Below are positions 55,770 to 64,000 of a stretch of 64,000 bases of DNA, one piece after another; within the stretch, counting starts at the first letter, position 1, and each line of letters opens with the position of its first letter. The translations under genes and the position numbers were made by a program. Under the pieces are notes generated by a model. The model was not told where the DNA came from, searched no databases, and worked only from the letters and a program-made list of their open reading frames with translations. The DNA comes from Candidatus Eiseniibacteriota bacterium (GTDB taxonomy: Bacteria; Orphanbacterota; Orphanbacteria; Orphanbacterales; Orphanbacteraceae), in the NCBI GenBank assembly GCA_043809585.1, contig JBDROZ010000041.1, forward strand, positions 1-64,000, in the 5' to 3' direction.

Positions 55770-57700
55770 CGTTCGCTCCCCACGAGTTCGCAGACCGCGC
55801 CCGGCCGGAGGGGCGCGCCGGGGGGGGGCAGCTGGGCGGCCACCACGCCGGCGCCGAGAAGATTCACCGAAGCCTCGGCGGAGAGCAGCATCGACTTCGC
55901 CTCCCGGAGGAGACGGCCTCTCAGGTCCGGCATGAGTGGGGGCGCAGCTCCGTCGAAGGAGACCGGAGGCCGGGCAGAGGGGGCCGCCGCTTCCGCCAAC
56001 CGCCACGAGGCGACCGCCTCCTCCCGGAGAACACCTCGAAAGGACTCGGCGAGATCGGAACAGGCCACTTTGAGAAGGATGTCCCGGAAGATGGGGGCGG
56101 CCACCAGTCCGCCGTAGAAGACGCCCGAGATGTCGACGAGGACCACGGCGACCACCATCCGGGAACGCTCGGTCGGCGCGAAGCCGATAAAGGAGGAGGT
56201 GAACCGCCGGTGGGAGAAACCGCCCGTCTCCTCGAGGTACTGGGCGGTCCCCGTTTTCCCCGCGGTGGGCCAGATCCCGAGGTCCGCGCCCGACCCGGTC
56301 CCCTCGGTCACGGCCCCGTGAAGGAACTCGACCATGAGAGCCGCCGTCTCGGAGGAGATCACGCGGCGCACCTTCCGGGGCGGGATGCGCTCCACCACGC
56401 TCCCGTCGGGCCGCCGGATCTCGCGCACGAGTCGGGGTTCCATCAGGACGCCGTCGTTCGCCACCGCGCCGTAGGCGGCGACGAGCTGCACCAGATTCAC
56501 GGCCACCTCGTGGCCGATGGCGACGGTCCCGAGGGAGCGTCCACTCCACTCCTTCGGCCTCCGGAGCATGCCGGGCAGTTCCCCGGGGAAGGTGACGCCG
56601 GAGAGGGCCCCGAAGCCGAAGGCGCGGGAATAGGAGTAGAGCGCCTCGGGCCCGAGCTTGTGGGCGATCTGGGCGGTGACCACGTTCGACGAGAGCTCGA
56701 AGCCCTGCCGCACGGTCAGCGTGTCGTACTCTTTGGGGTCGTGGATCGTGTAGACGCCGAAGTTCATCTTTCCCCGGCCCGCCCAGAACAGGTCGTCCGG
56801 CGAAACCACGCCCCGGTCGAGGGCGGCGGCGTAGGTCACGAGCTTGTACGTCGAGCCGGGTTCGAACTGGGAGACCACGCACCGGTTGAGGGACTGCCGG
56901 TCCGCCTCCCCGCCGGCCCCTTCGGCGGTGGAGAGGGCGAGCACGTCCCCCGTAACCGGGTCCATCGCCATGGCCATTCCGTAGGCCGCCTTGTTGGAGG
57001 CCACGGCGCGACGGAGTTCGAGGTCCACCACGCTCTGCACGCCGGCGTCCAGGGTGAGCACCACGTCGCACCCGTCGACCGGCGGGCGGCACGGCCCCCC
57101 GGGAAGTTCGCGGCACCCCCGGGCGGGAACCGCCTGGAGAACGCGCCACCCCTTCTCCGCCCGGAGCACCGAATCGAACTGAAGTTCCGCCCCCTCGACT
57201 CCGACATTGTCCACGTTCGTGAAGCCGAGGAGGGGAAGGGCCAGGTCGCCGAGGGGACGGATGCGGTCCTTTTCGGGGATGCAGTAGACGCCCTCGAGGT
57301 CCGCCTCGAAAACGCTTTCGCCGACCGCGGGGTCCACCCTCCGGGCGAGATAGATGAAGTTCCCCGGGCGCCGGAGCCGTTCGCGGAGGGTCCCGGCGGA
57401 GAGCCCCAGGATCGGAGCGAGGGCGCGGCTCACCCGATTCGGGTCCGTGATCTGGGAGGGGTCGGCGATGACCGTCGGGGAAGAGAGGGTCCCCGCGAGT
57501 AGCTCGCCGTGGCGGTCGAGGATGCGCCCCCGGTTTCCCGGGAGTTCCACCTTCCGGTCGTGCTGGCGGGCCGCCCTCTCTCGGTAGACATCGTGATCCA
57601 AGAGCTGAATGCGCGCGAGGCCGATGAAGAGATAGACCCACACCGCGAGGCCCGCGGCGACGACGACGAACATGCGCGCCTTGCGGCCGAAGTGGTTCAC
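55766..57700 (-). CDS. ftsI: Class B penicillin-binding protein FtsI with C-terminal PASTA-like domain
   Basis: RG.ILDR.G, EPGSTYK (SxxK), SSN, KTGTAQ. Confidence 0.93.
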   Translation of the reverse strand: MNHFGRKARMFVVVAAGLAVWVYLFIGLARIQLLDHDVYRERAARQHDRKVELPGNRGRILDRHGELLAGTLSSPTVIADPSQITDPNRVSRALAPILGLSAGTLRERLRRPGNFIYLARRVDPAVGESVFEADLEGVYCIPEKDRIRPLGDLALPLLGFTNVDNVGVEGAELQFDSVLRAEKGWRVLQAVPARGCRELPGGPCRPPVDGCDVVLTLDAGVQSVVDLELRRAVASNKAAYGMAMAMDPVTGDVLALSTAEGAGGEADRQSLNRCVVSQFEPGSTYKLVTYAAALDRGVVSPDDLFWAGRGKMNFGVYTIHDPKEYDTLTVRQGFELSSNVVTAQIAHKLGPEALYSYSRAFGFGALSGVTFPGELPGMLRRPKEWSGRSLGTVAIGHEVAVNLVQLVAAYGAVANDGVLMEPRLVREIRRPDGSVVERIPPRKVRRVISSETAALMVEFLHGAVTEGTGSGADLGIWPTAGKTGTAQYLEETGGFSHRRFTSSFIGFAPTERSRMVVAVVLVDISGVFYGGLVAAPIFRDILLKVACSDLAESFRGVLREEAVASWRLAEAAAPSARPPVSFDGAAPPLMPDLRGRLLREAKSMLLSAEASVNLLGAGVVAAQLPPPGAPLRPGAVCELVGSER

Positions 57701-58142
57701 CGCCCCCCCCGCTCTCCCCGTCCTCGTCCCTCCCACCCCCGAGAAGATCGCCGATGATGCCGATACCCCGCCCGGCGCCCGACCGGACCGCCGCCGCGAG
57801 AGACCCCCACGCCGGCCGGGGAGGCCGGTTCTCGTTCCATTCGGGAAGGAACGTCTGCTCCCCCGGCGCGGGGGGCCTGAGTCCGAAGTCCCGGGCGGCG
57901 ACCGTTTCGATCCGGTCCCGGCCGGCGAGGCGGGCCACGTCCACCTCGGCCCGTTCCACTTTGTCCCGAAGGGTCTGAAGCCGGTCCTTGAGGTCCCGGT
58001 TCTCTTGATGGGCGAGGGCGACGGAGAACCGGGTATTCACGCATACGATCAACACGACCACCGATGCGATCAGGAGAGGCGCGAACCAGCCGACGGGAAA
58101 CGAAGGGAGTCCGCCGGTTCGCCTCTTCGCCCTTCCTCTCAT
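57697..58142 (-). CDS. ftsL: Cell division protein FtsL (apparent 1-nt frameshift near 3' end)
   Basis: TM plus leucine-zipper coiled coil and RIE..A...GL..P between rsmH and ftsI; no in-frame stop at the expected place. Confidence 0.75.
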
Positions 58143-59128
58143 CGCCGTCCCTCCTTTCTCGAACCCGCCGGGCCGACCCGGACCCCGACACGAAGCCTTG
58201 CGCTTCGGGCCCGCCCATTGGCGGACACCTCTTCATCGCGGGGCCGGACGGCCCGGCGGGGATGGAGACGGAGCACCGGGGATCGTCCACACCGGCAGGT
58301 TGGCAGGCGCGGCGGGCAGACGCAGCCCCGGGCCCAGTCACGAAAACGGCTCTTCACCACCCGATCCTCGAGGGAGTGGTACGAGAGCACCGCGATCAAG
58401 CCGCCGGGCGCGAGGGCCTCCACGGCGGCGTCGAGCCCTTCCTCGAGCGCGCGAATCTCGTCGTTGACTTCGACGCGAAAGGACTGAAACACGCGGGAGA
58501 GTCCCGCGATTCTGTGGCGCGGGTGGAGGCAGCGGCCGACCACTTCGGCCAGGCGGGCCGTGTCCTCGATGGGCGTCACTTCCCGGGCCCGGACGATGGC
58601 CCGCGCCACGGCCCTGGCGTTCCGCTCCTCTCCGTAACGGCGGATCACCTCTTCGAGCTTCTCCGCGGGATACTCGTTCACCAGGTCCCTGGCGCTCTTC
58701 CCCCTCGTGCGGTCCATCCTCATGTCGAGCTCCCCCTCCAGGCGATGGGAGAAGCCCCTTTCGGCCCGGTCGATCTGGGGGGACGAGACGCCGAGGTCGA
58801 AGAGCGCGCCGCCGACCCGTCCCCTCTCCCCTTCCTCGAGGAGGGCGCGAAGGTCGCGGAAGTCGCCGTGACGGAGAGAGACGGGCACGGACGGGGGCGC
58901 GCCGGCGAGGCGGAGCGCCGCGGCTTCGAGCGCCTCCCGGTCCCGGTCGATTCCGACATAGGTCTCGATTCCACGGACTTCCTCCAAGATCGCCGCGCCA
59001 TGGCCGCCGTACCCGACGGTGGCGTCCAGAAAGACGCCCCCGGGAAAACCCTCGAAAGCCCGGACGACCTCACGAACCATGACGGGAACGTGAGGGGGCG
59101 GGGGGACCCGCTCGCCCTCCGGGGTCAT
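58139..59128 (-). CDS. rsmH: 16S rRNA m4C1402 methyltransferase
   Basis: HVPVM, DATVGYGGH, DLGVSSPQ, LDMRM, YHSLEDR, ARSARLR. Confidence 0.96.
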   Translation of the reverse strand: MTPEGERVPPPPHVPVMVREVVRAFEGFPGGVFLDATVGYGGHGAAILEEVRGIETYVGIDRDREALEAAALRLAGAPPSVPVSLRHGDFRDLRALLEEGERGRVGGALFDLGVSSPQIDRAERGFSHRLEGELDMRMDRTRGKSARDLVNEYPAEKLEEVIRRYGEERNARAVARAIVRAREVTPIEDTARLAEVVGRCLHPRHRIAGLSRVFQSFRVEVNDEIRALEEGLDAAVEALAPGGLIAVLSYHSLEDRVVKSRFRDWARGCVCPPRLPTCRCGRSPVLRLHPRRAVRPRDEEVSANGRARSARLRVGVRVGPAGSRKEGRR

Positions 59129-59589
59129 TCCGGACGCTCGCCTTGGCGGCGGCGGAAGACCTCTTCGGCGACCTGCTCGTACGACTTCTTGAACGTCGAA
59201 CGGTACGCCTCGTGGACGTCCGGATTGAAGATCTCGAGGCGGGTGATCACGCCGAGAATGAGAACCTCGCTCGCGATGTTCGCCCAGTCGCGGTGCTCCC
59301 GGGAGAGAAGGATCCGGCCTTGCTTGTCGAGCGTGGTGTCCATGGCGTGAGAGGCCATCTCCCGGGTGTAGAATCGAACGTCGCTCGCCTCGTAGGGCAG
59401 GTCGCGGAGTTTGGCTTCCTCCACTTCCCACTGAGAGAGGGGGAAGACGACGAGAGAACGTTCGAGACCGCGGGTGACGATGATGGGGGTTTCCGGTTTC
59501 GGGGAGAGGACCTTGCGGAAGCGGGCGGGGATGTTCATCCGCCCTTTCGAGTCGACGGCGAACCGGTATCTTCCGAGCAGACGATCCAC
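59125..59589 (-). CDS. mraZ: Transcriptional regulator MraZ
   Basis: Two DxxGR repeats (VDSKGR, LDKQGR); first gene of the dcw cluster. Confidence 0.95.
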   Translation of the reverse strand: MDRLLGRYRFAVDSKGRMNIPARFRKVLSPKPETPIIVTRGLERSLVVFPLSQWEVEEAKLRDLPYEASDVRFYTREMASHAMDTTLDKQGRILLSREHRDWANIASEVLILGVITRLEIFNPDVHEAYRSTFKKSYEQVAEEVFRRRQGERPE

Positions 59590-59760
59590 GGTGACCCCTC
59601 CGGTCGGGCGGCTCGGGTTCCCGGGATTCCGGATTGCGCCGGGCGCTGTGCTATACTCGGCTGCGGCCGATCCGGCCTCGCGGGCGCCGTGAGGAGCGGT
59701 CAGAGGATCGCTCGGTTATCGATTGGGCGCTCACGAGGTTGGAGGCATGGGGACCCCCGG

Positions 59761-59826
59761 GGAACCATTTTCTACCACTTTAACCCACCGAGACCCATAC
59801 TAGGGCTCCGGGCGAAGAGGTGTCAA
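59761..59826 (-). promoter_or_regulatory. dcw promoter with four MraZ-type boxes
   Basis: TTGACA-18 nt-TAGTAT, then TGG(G/T) four times at exact 10-bp spacing. Confidence 0.8.
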
Positions 59827-59940
59827 CGGTTTTTGTGCGGTAATGGCAAAAACCTCGGACTTTTTTGCGGATTCTCGTCCCCTTCCCGAGCCCTTTACTT
59901 CGAGGGTTTTCTGAGACCCCTGCTGAAATGAATTGTTTTC

Positions 59941-61842
59941 ATGCAGATTAAACCGGATTCTCCTCGGAAGCTGGCCCGGCGGTGGGTCGTGATCCTCGCA
60001 GTCGCGGCGACCCTCCCGGGAGGATGCGGGCCGGAGGAGCGATTCCCCGGCGTGAATCTGATTCTGATCACTATCGACACCATGCGGTCGGATCACCTCG
60101 CCTCCTACGGCCGCCCCAACGCCCGGACCCCGCACATGGACCGGCTCGCCCGGGAAGGGACGCTCTTCACCCGGATGTACGCCTCCGCCCCCTTGACCCT
60201 CCCCTCCCACACCACGTTCCTGACGGGCCGGTATCCCTCCTCCCATGGGGTCCACGACAACGGCGCCTACCGTTTCGGCGAGGAGGGTACGACGATCGCC
60301 GAATACCTCTCCGGCGCCGGGTATCGCACCGCGGCGTTCGTCTCTTCATTCCAACTCGACCGGAAATACGGGCTGGCCCAGGGATTCCGCGAGTATGACG
60401 ATCGGATGCCGCAGAAGTTCGAAGTCTACGACCCCCGGATCGCGGCGGGGCCGAAGGCGGACAGCATCCGTCATCAGTCGGGCCAGCGGCGGGCGGAGGA
60501 GATCACGGCGCTCGTGACGGCGTGGCTCGGCCGGGGCGGATCGGAGCCGTTCTTCCTCTGGCTTCACTATTTCGATCCCCATGAATCGTACGACCCCCCT
60601 CCCCCCTTCGACCGGATGAACCAGGACCTCCCCTTCCCCGACAGTCTGTACGACGGGGAGATCGCCTACCTCGACCGGGAACTGGGAAGGCTGATCGGCG
60701 AGCTCGAGGATCGGGGAATCTACGACCGTTGTCTCGTCCTACTCTCCGCCGACCACGGCGAGGGGCTCGGCAGCCACGGCGAGCGTTATCACGACACGTT
60801 CATCTACGACTCGACCATTCGGATCCCCTTCCTCGTCGGCGGGGGCGCGGCGAAACGGAACGCTCCCCGCTTCGTGGAGACTCCGGTTCGGAGCATCGAC
60901 GTCCTCCCCACGCTCCTCGACGCGGCGGGCGTGAAACCGAAGGGGGACGTCCAGGGGGAGAGCCTCCTCCCCCTGCTGGAGGGAGAAGAGAGGCGCGGCG
61001 AATGGACCAGTTACGCCGAGACCTTTTCCCCCATTCACAACCTCTGCTCGAAGCTCTTCAGCATCCGCACGGAGGAGTGGAAGTACATCGAGGCCCCACT
61101 CCCCGAGCTCTACCGCGTCTCGGAGGATCCCGGCGAGAGAACGAACCTGATCGAACGGCGGCCGGAGGTGGCGCTCGACCTCCGGGAGATCCTGAAAGAG
61201 CACATGCCCGAAGAGGAGACGGGCCGCATCGAGATCGACGAGGAGACGCGGGAGAAGCTCGAGGCGATCGGCTACGTGCGCGGGGAGGCCGGTCCGGAAG
61301 CGGTCGTGGAGGGAAAAGACCCGAAGGAGATCCTCCCCTGTACGGACGGACTCCATCTCTCGATGCTCCACTTCACCTACGGGCGGTACGATTCGTCCCT
61401 CGCCGTCCTCGAACGGCTGAAGCTCGAGTGTCCCCCCCACGGCCAAATCTACGACAACATCGGGAACCTCCGGATCCGCCTCGGGCACTACGAGGAGACG
61501 ATCGAGGAGTTCACCGAGATCATCCGCCTCCACCCCAGCTATTCGAAGGGCTACTTCTGGGTCGGCATGGCGTACCTCCGGACCGGGCGGGACGCCGAAG
61601 CCCTCGAGTGGTTCCGGAAAGCCGTGGAACGGGACCCGAACATGCAGATCGCCCAGTACAACGTGGGCCTCGCCCTCGGCAACATGCGGCGGGTCGACGA
61701 GGCGCTCGAGGCGTGGGAGGAGGCGATCCGCATCAGCCCGAACAGTACGATCGGCCGGCTCGCGAAGCGGGCCTACGACGACGTGGCGAGTGCGCTCGAA
61801 CAGTCGAGGCGGGGCGCGGGACCGGTGAGGCCGGGGGGATAG
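59941..61842 (+). CDS. Sulfatase-like hydrolase/transferase with C-terminal TPR repeats, probable lipoprotein
   Basis: ITIDTMRSD, TLPSH..LTG, HYFDPH, YDGEI, DHGE; TPRs; signal peptide ending GGC. Confidence 0.88.
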   Translation: MQIKPDSPRKLARRWVVILAVAATLPGGCGPEERFPGVNLILITIDTMRSDHLASYGRPNARTPHMDRLAREGTLFTRMYASAPLTLPSHTTFLTGRYPSSHGVHDNGAYRFGEEGTTIAEYLSGAGYRTAAFVSSFQLDRKYGLAQGFREYDDRMPQKFEVYDPRIAAGPKADSIRHQSGQRRAEEITALVTAWLGRGGSEPFFLWLHYFDPHESYDPPPPFDRMNQDLPFPDSLYDGEIAYLDRELGRLIGELEDRGIYDRCLVLLSADHGEGLGSHGERYHDTFIYDSTIRIPFLVGGGAAKRNAPRFVETPVRSIDVLPTLLDAAGVKPKGDVQGESLLPLLEGEERRGEWTSYAETFSPIHNLCSKLFSIRTEEWKYIEAPLPELYRVSEDPGERTNLIERRPEVALDLREILKEHMPEEETGRIEIDEETREKLEAIGYVRGEAGPEAVVEGKDPKEILPCTDGLHLSMLHFTYGRYDSSLAVLERLKLECPPHGQIYDNIGNLRIRLGHYEETIEEFTEIIRLHPSYSKGYFWVGMAYLRTGRDAEALEWFRKAVERDPNMQIAQYNVGLALGNMRRVDEALEAWEEAIRISPNSTIGRLAKRAYDDVASALEQSRRGAGPVRPGG

Positions 61843-61854
61843 GGGAACTCCCGT

Positions 61855-61900
61855 TCCTGTGTCATTCCAGAGTGGCCATCTTCACTCGGAAGTGACAGGG
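61855..61900. terminator. Imperfect hairpin between convergent genes
   Basis: GTCA-TTCC-GAGTG pairs with CACTC-GGAA-TGAC; no clear U-tract. Confidence 0.35.
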
Positions 61901-61911
61901 AAGGTGAGAGA

Positions 61912-63054
61912 CTATCCTTTCAGCACTTCCCGGCCGATGGTGGAGCGCTGAATCTCCGACGTGCCCTCGAAGATCTCCGCCGCCTTGGCGTCCCGGTAGA
62001 TCTGCTCCATCCGGTACTCCCGCATGTATCCGTATCCGCCGTGGATCTGGATCGACTTGCCAGCGACGCGGGTGGCCGTTTCGGTGGCGAAGAGCTTCGC
62101 CTGCGACGCCTGCCGCGAGTAGGGCATCCCCTTCTCCTTCCGCCAACCCGCCTCGTAGGTCAGGAAGCGGGCGGCGTCGATCTCGGTGCGCATGTCGGCG
62201 AACATCCACTGGATCCCCTGGAAGTCGGCGATCTTGTGGCCGAACTGCTCCCGCTCGAGGGCGTAGCGCCGCGCGGCCTGGAACGCCTCCTCCGCCATGC
62301 CGACCGCGGAGGCGGCCACCGCCACCCGTCCCCCGTGGAGCGTCTCGAGGGCGATGCGGAGCCCTTTCCCCGGCTCGCCGAGCATGGCGGTCGCGGGCAC
62401 TTCCACATCCGCGAAGATCAGCTCGCACGTGGGCGAGCTCTTCAGCCCCATCTTCTTCTCCACCGTTCCCACGGAGAAGCCCTTCGCGTCCGAGTCGACG
62501 ATGAATGCGGACATCCCCCGGAGACCCTTCCCTCCCCGGTCGAGGCGGGTGAAGAGGATGATGAAGTCCGCGACCGATCCGTTGGTGATGAAGATCTTGG
62601 CGCCGTTGATGACGTACCGGTTCCCCTTCTGCACCGCCACGGTCTTGATGTGGGAGGCGTCGGAACCCGCGTCCGGCTCGCTGAGGGCGTAGCAGCCGAG
62701 GAGCTCTCCCGTGGCCGATCCCCGCAGGTATTTCTGCTTCTGCTCTTCGGTCCCGAAATGGAGGAGCGGGTAGTTGACCAGCGAGTTGGAGAGACCCACG
62801 GTCATTCCCTGGCCCGCGCTCGCCCGGGAGATCTCCTCCGTGGCGATGATATAGCTGATGAAATCGAGCTCCTGGCCGCCGTACTCTTCGGGCACGCAGA
62901 TTCCGAGAAACCCGTTCTCGGCGAGCCTGCGCGTCAGCTCCCGGGAGAACTCCCCCTTCTCTTCGGCCTCCATCGCCGCATCGCGGATCTGGTCCGCGAA
63001 CTGGCGGGCCATGTTGCGGATCATCCCCTGTTCTTCGTTCAGGCTGAAGTCCAT
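61912..63054 (-). CDS. Acyl-CoA dehydrogenase (short-chain/butyryl-CoA type)
   Basis: ALSEPDAGSD, K.FITNG, REQFG, QIHGGYGY, IFEGTSEIQ. Confidence 0.94.
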   Translation of the reverse strand: MDFSLNEEQGMIRNMARQFADQIRDAAMEAEEKGEFSRELTRRLAENGFLGICVPEEYGGQELDFISYIIATEEISRASAGQGMTVGLSNSLVNYPLLHFGTEEQKQKYLRGSATGELLGCYALSEPDAGSDASHIKTVAVQKGNRYVINGAKIFITNGSVADFIILFTRLDRGGKGLRGMSAFIVDSDAKGFSVGTVEKKMGLKSSPTCELIFADVEVPATAMLGEPGKGLRIALETLHGGRVAVAASAVGMAEEAFQAARRYALEREQFGHKIADFQGIQWMFADMRTEIDAARFLTYEAGWRKEKGMPYSRQASQAKLFATETATRVAGKSIQIHGGYGYMREYRMEQIYRDAKAAEIFEGTSEIQRSTIGREVLKG

Positions 63055-63158
63055 CTTCTCTCCCTGTCTCCCGGGCGGCTCGATTCCGCCGTCGCCCCCC
63101 CGGTCCGCCGGGTCGAGGGGGGGCGTCTTTCGCTTCGCCCGCGGGCGCGGGCGTGTCG

Positions 63159-63941
63159 TTATCGACCCTTGAACTCGGCCTTCCTCTTCTCGAGGAACGC
63201 CCCGCACCCTTCCTTCGCGTCCTCCGTGCCGTTCACCAGACCGAAGAGGACCGCCTCGTAGGCGCATCCCTCTTCCAGAGTCATGCCGAGGCCGCGCTGG
63301 ATCGCCTCGAGAGAGTAGCGGACGGCGAGAGGGCCGACCTTGTATGCGTCTCCGAGGATCGCCTCGCACGCCGGAATCAACTCCGCGGCGGGGACCACCC
63401 GGTTCACGAGACCGATCCGGAACGCCTCGTCGGCCTTCACGTTCCGGCCCGTCACGATCAGCTCCGCCGCGATTCCCTTGCCGACGATGCGCGCGAGCCG
63501 CTGGGTGCCCCCGTACCCCGGGATGAGCCCGAGCTTCACTTCCGGCTGGCCGAAGACCGCGTTTTCCGCGGCGACCCGCATGGTGCAGGCGAGGGCGAGC
63601 TCGCACCCGCCGCCGAGGGCAAACCCGTTCACGGCGGCGATCACCGGCTTGCCGGCGGTCTCCACGAGGCCGAACACGTGCTGGCCCCGGAGGGCGAACT
63701 GCCGCGCCTCTTCGGGGTCCAGCACCGCGAGCTCCGAGATGTCGGCGCCGGCGACGAACGCCTTCTCCCCTTCGCCGGTCACGATCACGCCCCGCACGTC
63801 GTCGTCCCGCCGGAGGCCGAGAAAGATCTCCCGCAGCTCGTTCATGGTCTCGGCGTTCAGCGCGTTCAGCACCTTCGGCCGGGCGATCCGCACGTAGGCG
63901 GTCGGGCCCTTCTTCTCGAGGATGACGTTTTTCGCGTCCAT
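63159..63941 (-). CDS. crt: Enoyl-CoA hydratase (crotonase)
   Basis: AFVAGADI, NGFALGGGCE, GQPEV.LG.IPG.GGTQRL. Confidence 0.92.
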   Translation of the reverse strand: MDAKNVILEKKGPTAYVRIARPKVLNALNAETMNELREIFLGLRRDDDVRGVIVTGEGEKAFVAGADISELAVLDPEEARQFALRGQHVFGLVETAGKPVIAAVNGFALGGGCELALACTMRVAAENAVFGQPEVKLGLIPGYGGTQRLARIVGKGIAAELIVTGRNVKADEAFRIGLVNRVVPAAELIPACEAILGDAYKVGPLAVRYSLEAIQRGLGMTLEEGCAYEAVLFGLVNGTEDAKEGCGAFLEKRKAEFKGR

Positions 63942-64000
63942 GATCGCCTTCCTTTCGTTGGCGGAGTCGGCGAAGGGGCCGGGCCCGGCGCGCGGACGCC

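Overview
Very GC-rich bacterial chromosomal window, mostly minus-strand housekeeping genes. Gene order and a C-terminal WGx[IV]KxLF motif suggest an uncultured FCB-related lineage such as Eisenbacteria or Krumholzibacteria (inference). Housekeeping blocks: xseA-folD-ymdB-rny-zapA-zapB-like; tRNA-Val-thrS-infC-rplT; scpAB-rluB-aroF-aroA-cmk-plsC-rpsA; murJ-uvrC-xerD; the dcw cluster mraZ to ftsZ; crotonase and acyl-CoA dehydrogenase. An accessory block at about 22-30 kb holds an OmcS-like cytochrome with a seventh N-terminal heme motif and an upstream FNR-like box, a small beta-barrel gene, two unrelated secreted proteins sharing the WGx[IV]KxLF tail (candidate sorting signal), and a glycosyltransferase plus radical SAM pair. 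Other oddities: rpmI absent from infC-rplT, an ATC start for infC, ftsL without an in-frame stop, non-canonical MraY and MurE motifs, and several palindromic or repeated intergenic elements. All family calls come from motif recognition, not database searches.
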